The notes beneath the pieces were generated by a model, which saw only the letters and a program-made list of their open reading frames with translations, was not told the origin of the DNA and did no database searches. Shown piece after piece: positions 62,062 through 64,000 of a DNA stretch of 64,000 nucleotides (position 1 is the stretch's first letter; every line of letters starts with the position of its first letter). The position numbers were made by a program, and so were the translations under genes. Source of the stretch: Aplysia californica (Eukaryota); assembly GCF_000002075.1 (NCBI RefSeq), contig NW_004797574.1, positions 633,329-697,328 on the forward strand, written 5' to 3'.

Positions 62062-64000
62062 TACCAATGTCGAGTTGTTTGAATGAATGCTCAAGAGTGA
62101 TTTTTGTGTAGATTGATTTTTGAATGGGAGCAGGTCCCGTCGAGGGGATAGAGATACTCAAATGCTTTTCTAGATATTGGGTTTATTTGTGCACTCACAA
62201 ATTGGAAACTATTGTATGCCTTGTGTATCCACATGGCTTCAGCATGTGAGAGGGTTTTTTTATGGAGGGGTTGTTGGCTTATTTATTTTTTTTAACTAGT
62301 AGCTTGTATAAGAATTCAAATACCATCTCTTTAATCAAATCAGTTGAATGATATGAGTTCAAATCTAGTGGATGGGAAAGCCATGGGCATGTGGGAAGAG
62401 AGAAGAAGTTCACGATTCACACACCAATTTTCATGACTTTGTTTGGGTGCTACTACTTGGCTTAGCTCTACGATTTTGCTACTCTTGAGAGTTCAGCTTT
62501 TATTAGCCAAAATGAAGGCGTGTTTTCCTAACGAGATTGACATAAGACATCTTCAAGGGTGCACGTCTAGAAAATGTCAAATATCCATGCAACTTTGTGG
62601 CTAACGAAGAAGTCTGTGATCAAATTGAGGATGGAGTGCGAAAGATGAACTATTTGTGGTGTCTCGGGTGTCGAGTGGGAGATTTGTTCAGGCAGGTCTA
62701 GAACGACGGTCGGACAACAGTAGTCATTGGTAGGTGGACACCGCTGTCTGTATATAAGTCTGATCATGATGTGTGTGAGTGTGACCGAAACGTTTGAAAA
62801 CTGCTTAAAATGCTGCGTGGTGGATCGGACAGTGGGGAGCGTCTGTGGAGAAGGAATGTTGTTCTTGCCTTGTGTTCTGACTAGCGTTTTGTTGTAGGTA
62901 GAGATTAGTTTTGCTTCTTTTGACCTCTTCACTGCTGTGTGCGTGTTTATCCGTACACATCTTTATCAAAACGGATTCAAAGCTTTTAAAAAAAATCTGA
63001 TTGAATTTTATTTGATTGAAAATTTTTTATTAAAAAAAAAAATAAAGGTATTTATGGGATGTGGTAGGAGAAAATGTAATCATTTTGTGGCTTGCGCAGT
63101 GCTTCAGTGTCCGGGTAAAGTGGAAACATTTATTACATTGCTTTTAGTTCTTTTGAACAGACATGTTATCATGGTCCTACTTCATATAAAGAGAAACAGT
63201 TCAGCAGTGAAGAAGTTGAAGTCGAAGGTAGACAACTGTTGTGATTTTGTTGTATGTGTGTGTGGGTGGGTGATTTGCTCTTGAAATGGTCGGCGAACAA
63301 AATGCAAAAATGTGGATGTATACGGAGGGCGTTGCCTAAACCACGTCCAACAAACTTGTGTTCTGTCAACTTGTGCTCTAGAGATGCTGGCATAGCGTCT
63401 GCACTGATGGGGCCTCCTGATTTATCCATGTACATACCTTCAGGTGCATTTTATGGAATGTATGTCACAGAAACATAATTTGATTAGGGGTTTTTGATTG
63501 CTACTTCCTTGATATGTTACTCTAGTTTTGTGGACTGTATACTATAGCATGTACTCAATAATTCCGTACGCACTGCTGCGTGCTGCAGTGAAGATCGAGG
63601 GCGGATCTTTTCAGAAAATATGAGAGTCCTGTGTGTTCGGGTCTGCCATCTTGTAAACATGTCATTATTTATGTCATGTTATTAACAGACTACTCAAATG
63701 TTGAGGATTATAATGTGTGGCTCACAGAGTTTTCTGTGGTATTTGGGAGGGAGGAGAAAGAAGAAAAAAAAAAGGTCTTTAAAAATAAGTTTTGTTTTGC
63801 GAGCTTGAGACTTGTGTGTCGTGTCCAAGTGTTTGTGGCAGCGAGCTGGTGTGGACTATGAATGGACGGACACGGTGTGAGCGTGTGGTATGTGGGCGGC
63901 TGCTTGGCTGATGCTGTTGTACAATTTTTGTAATATTTAATGATTCATTTGTCTTTGAAAAGCTTTGAGGAGTTCTTCTTATGTGAGCAGAAATATAATG

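Overview
Animal (non-vertebrate) nuclear DNA, probably a lophotrochozoan such as a mollusc (inference from intron style and repeat types). It has four N gaps and no prokaryotic features. Four spliced genes were rebuilt exon by exon from GT-AG sites and reading phase. (1) CNOT4, minus strand, 5' part only. (2) SCNM1, plus strand, 6 exons, 402 aa, head-to-head with CNOT4 across a ~200-bp promoter. (3) A single U1A/U2B''-family gene (SNF), minus strand, 254 aa, convergent with SCNM1. (4) VPS26 (VPS26B-like), plus strand, 354 aa. Introns and intergenic DNA hold many non-autonomous DNA transposons, SINEs, an RTE LINE relic, an I-group LINE 3' end and a decayed Chapaev-like transposon, several of them nested. 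Best candidate novel system: VPS26 has two 107-nt versions of one exon (50531-50637 and 51919-52025). They are heavily diverged at synonymous sites but conserved in protein, and only one can be used at a time, so they look like mutually exclusive exons. A long RNA hairpin lies between them and two candidate 24-nt microexons lie downstream. Second candidate: the SNF 3' UTR has U1A-binding-box motifs around its poly(A) signal and candidate 3'-UTR introns, suggesting autoregulation.
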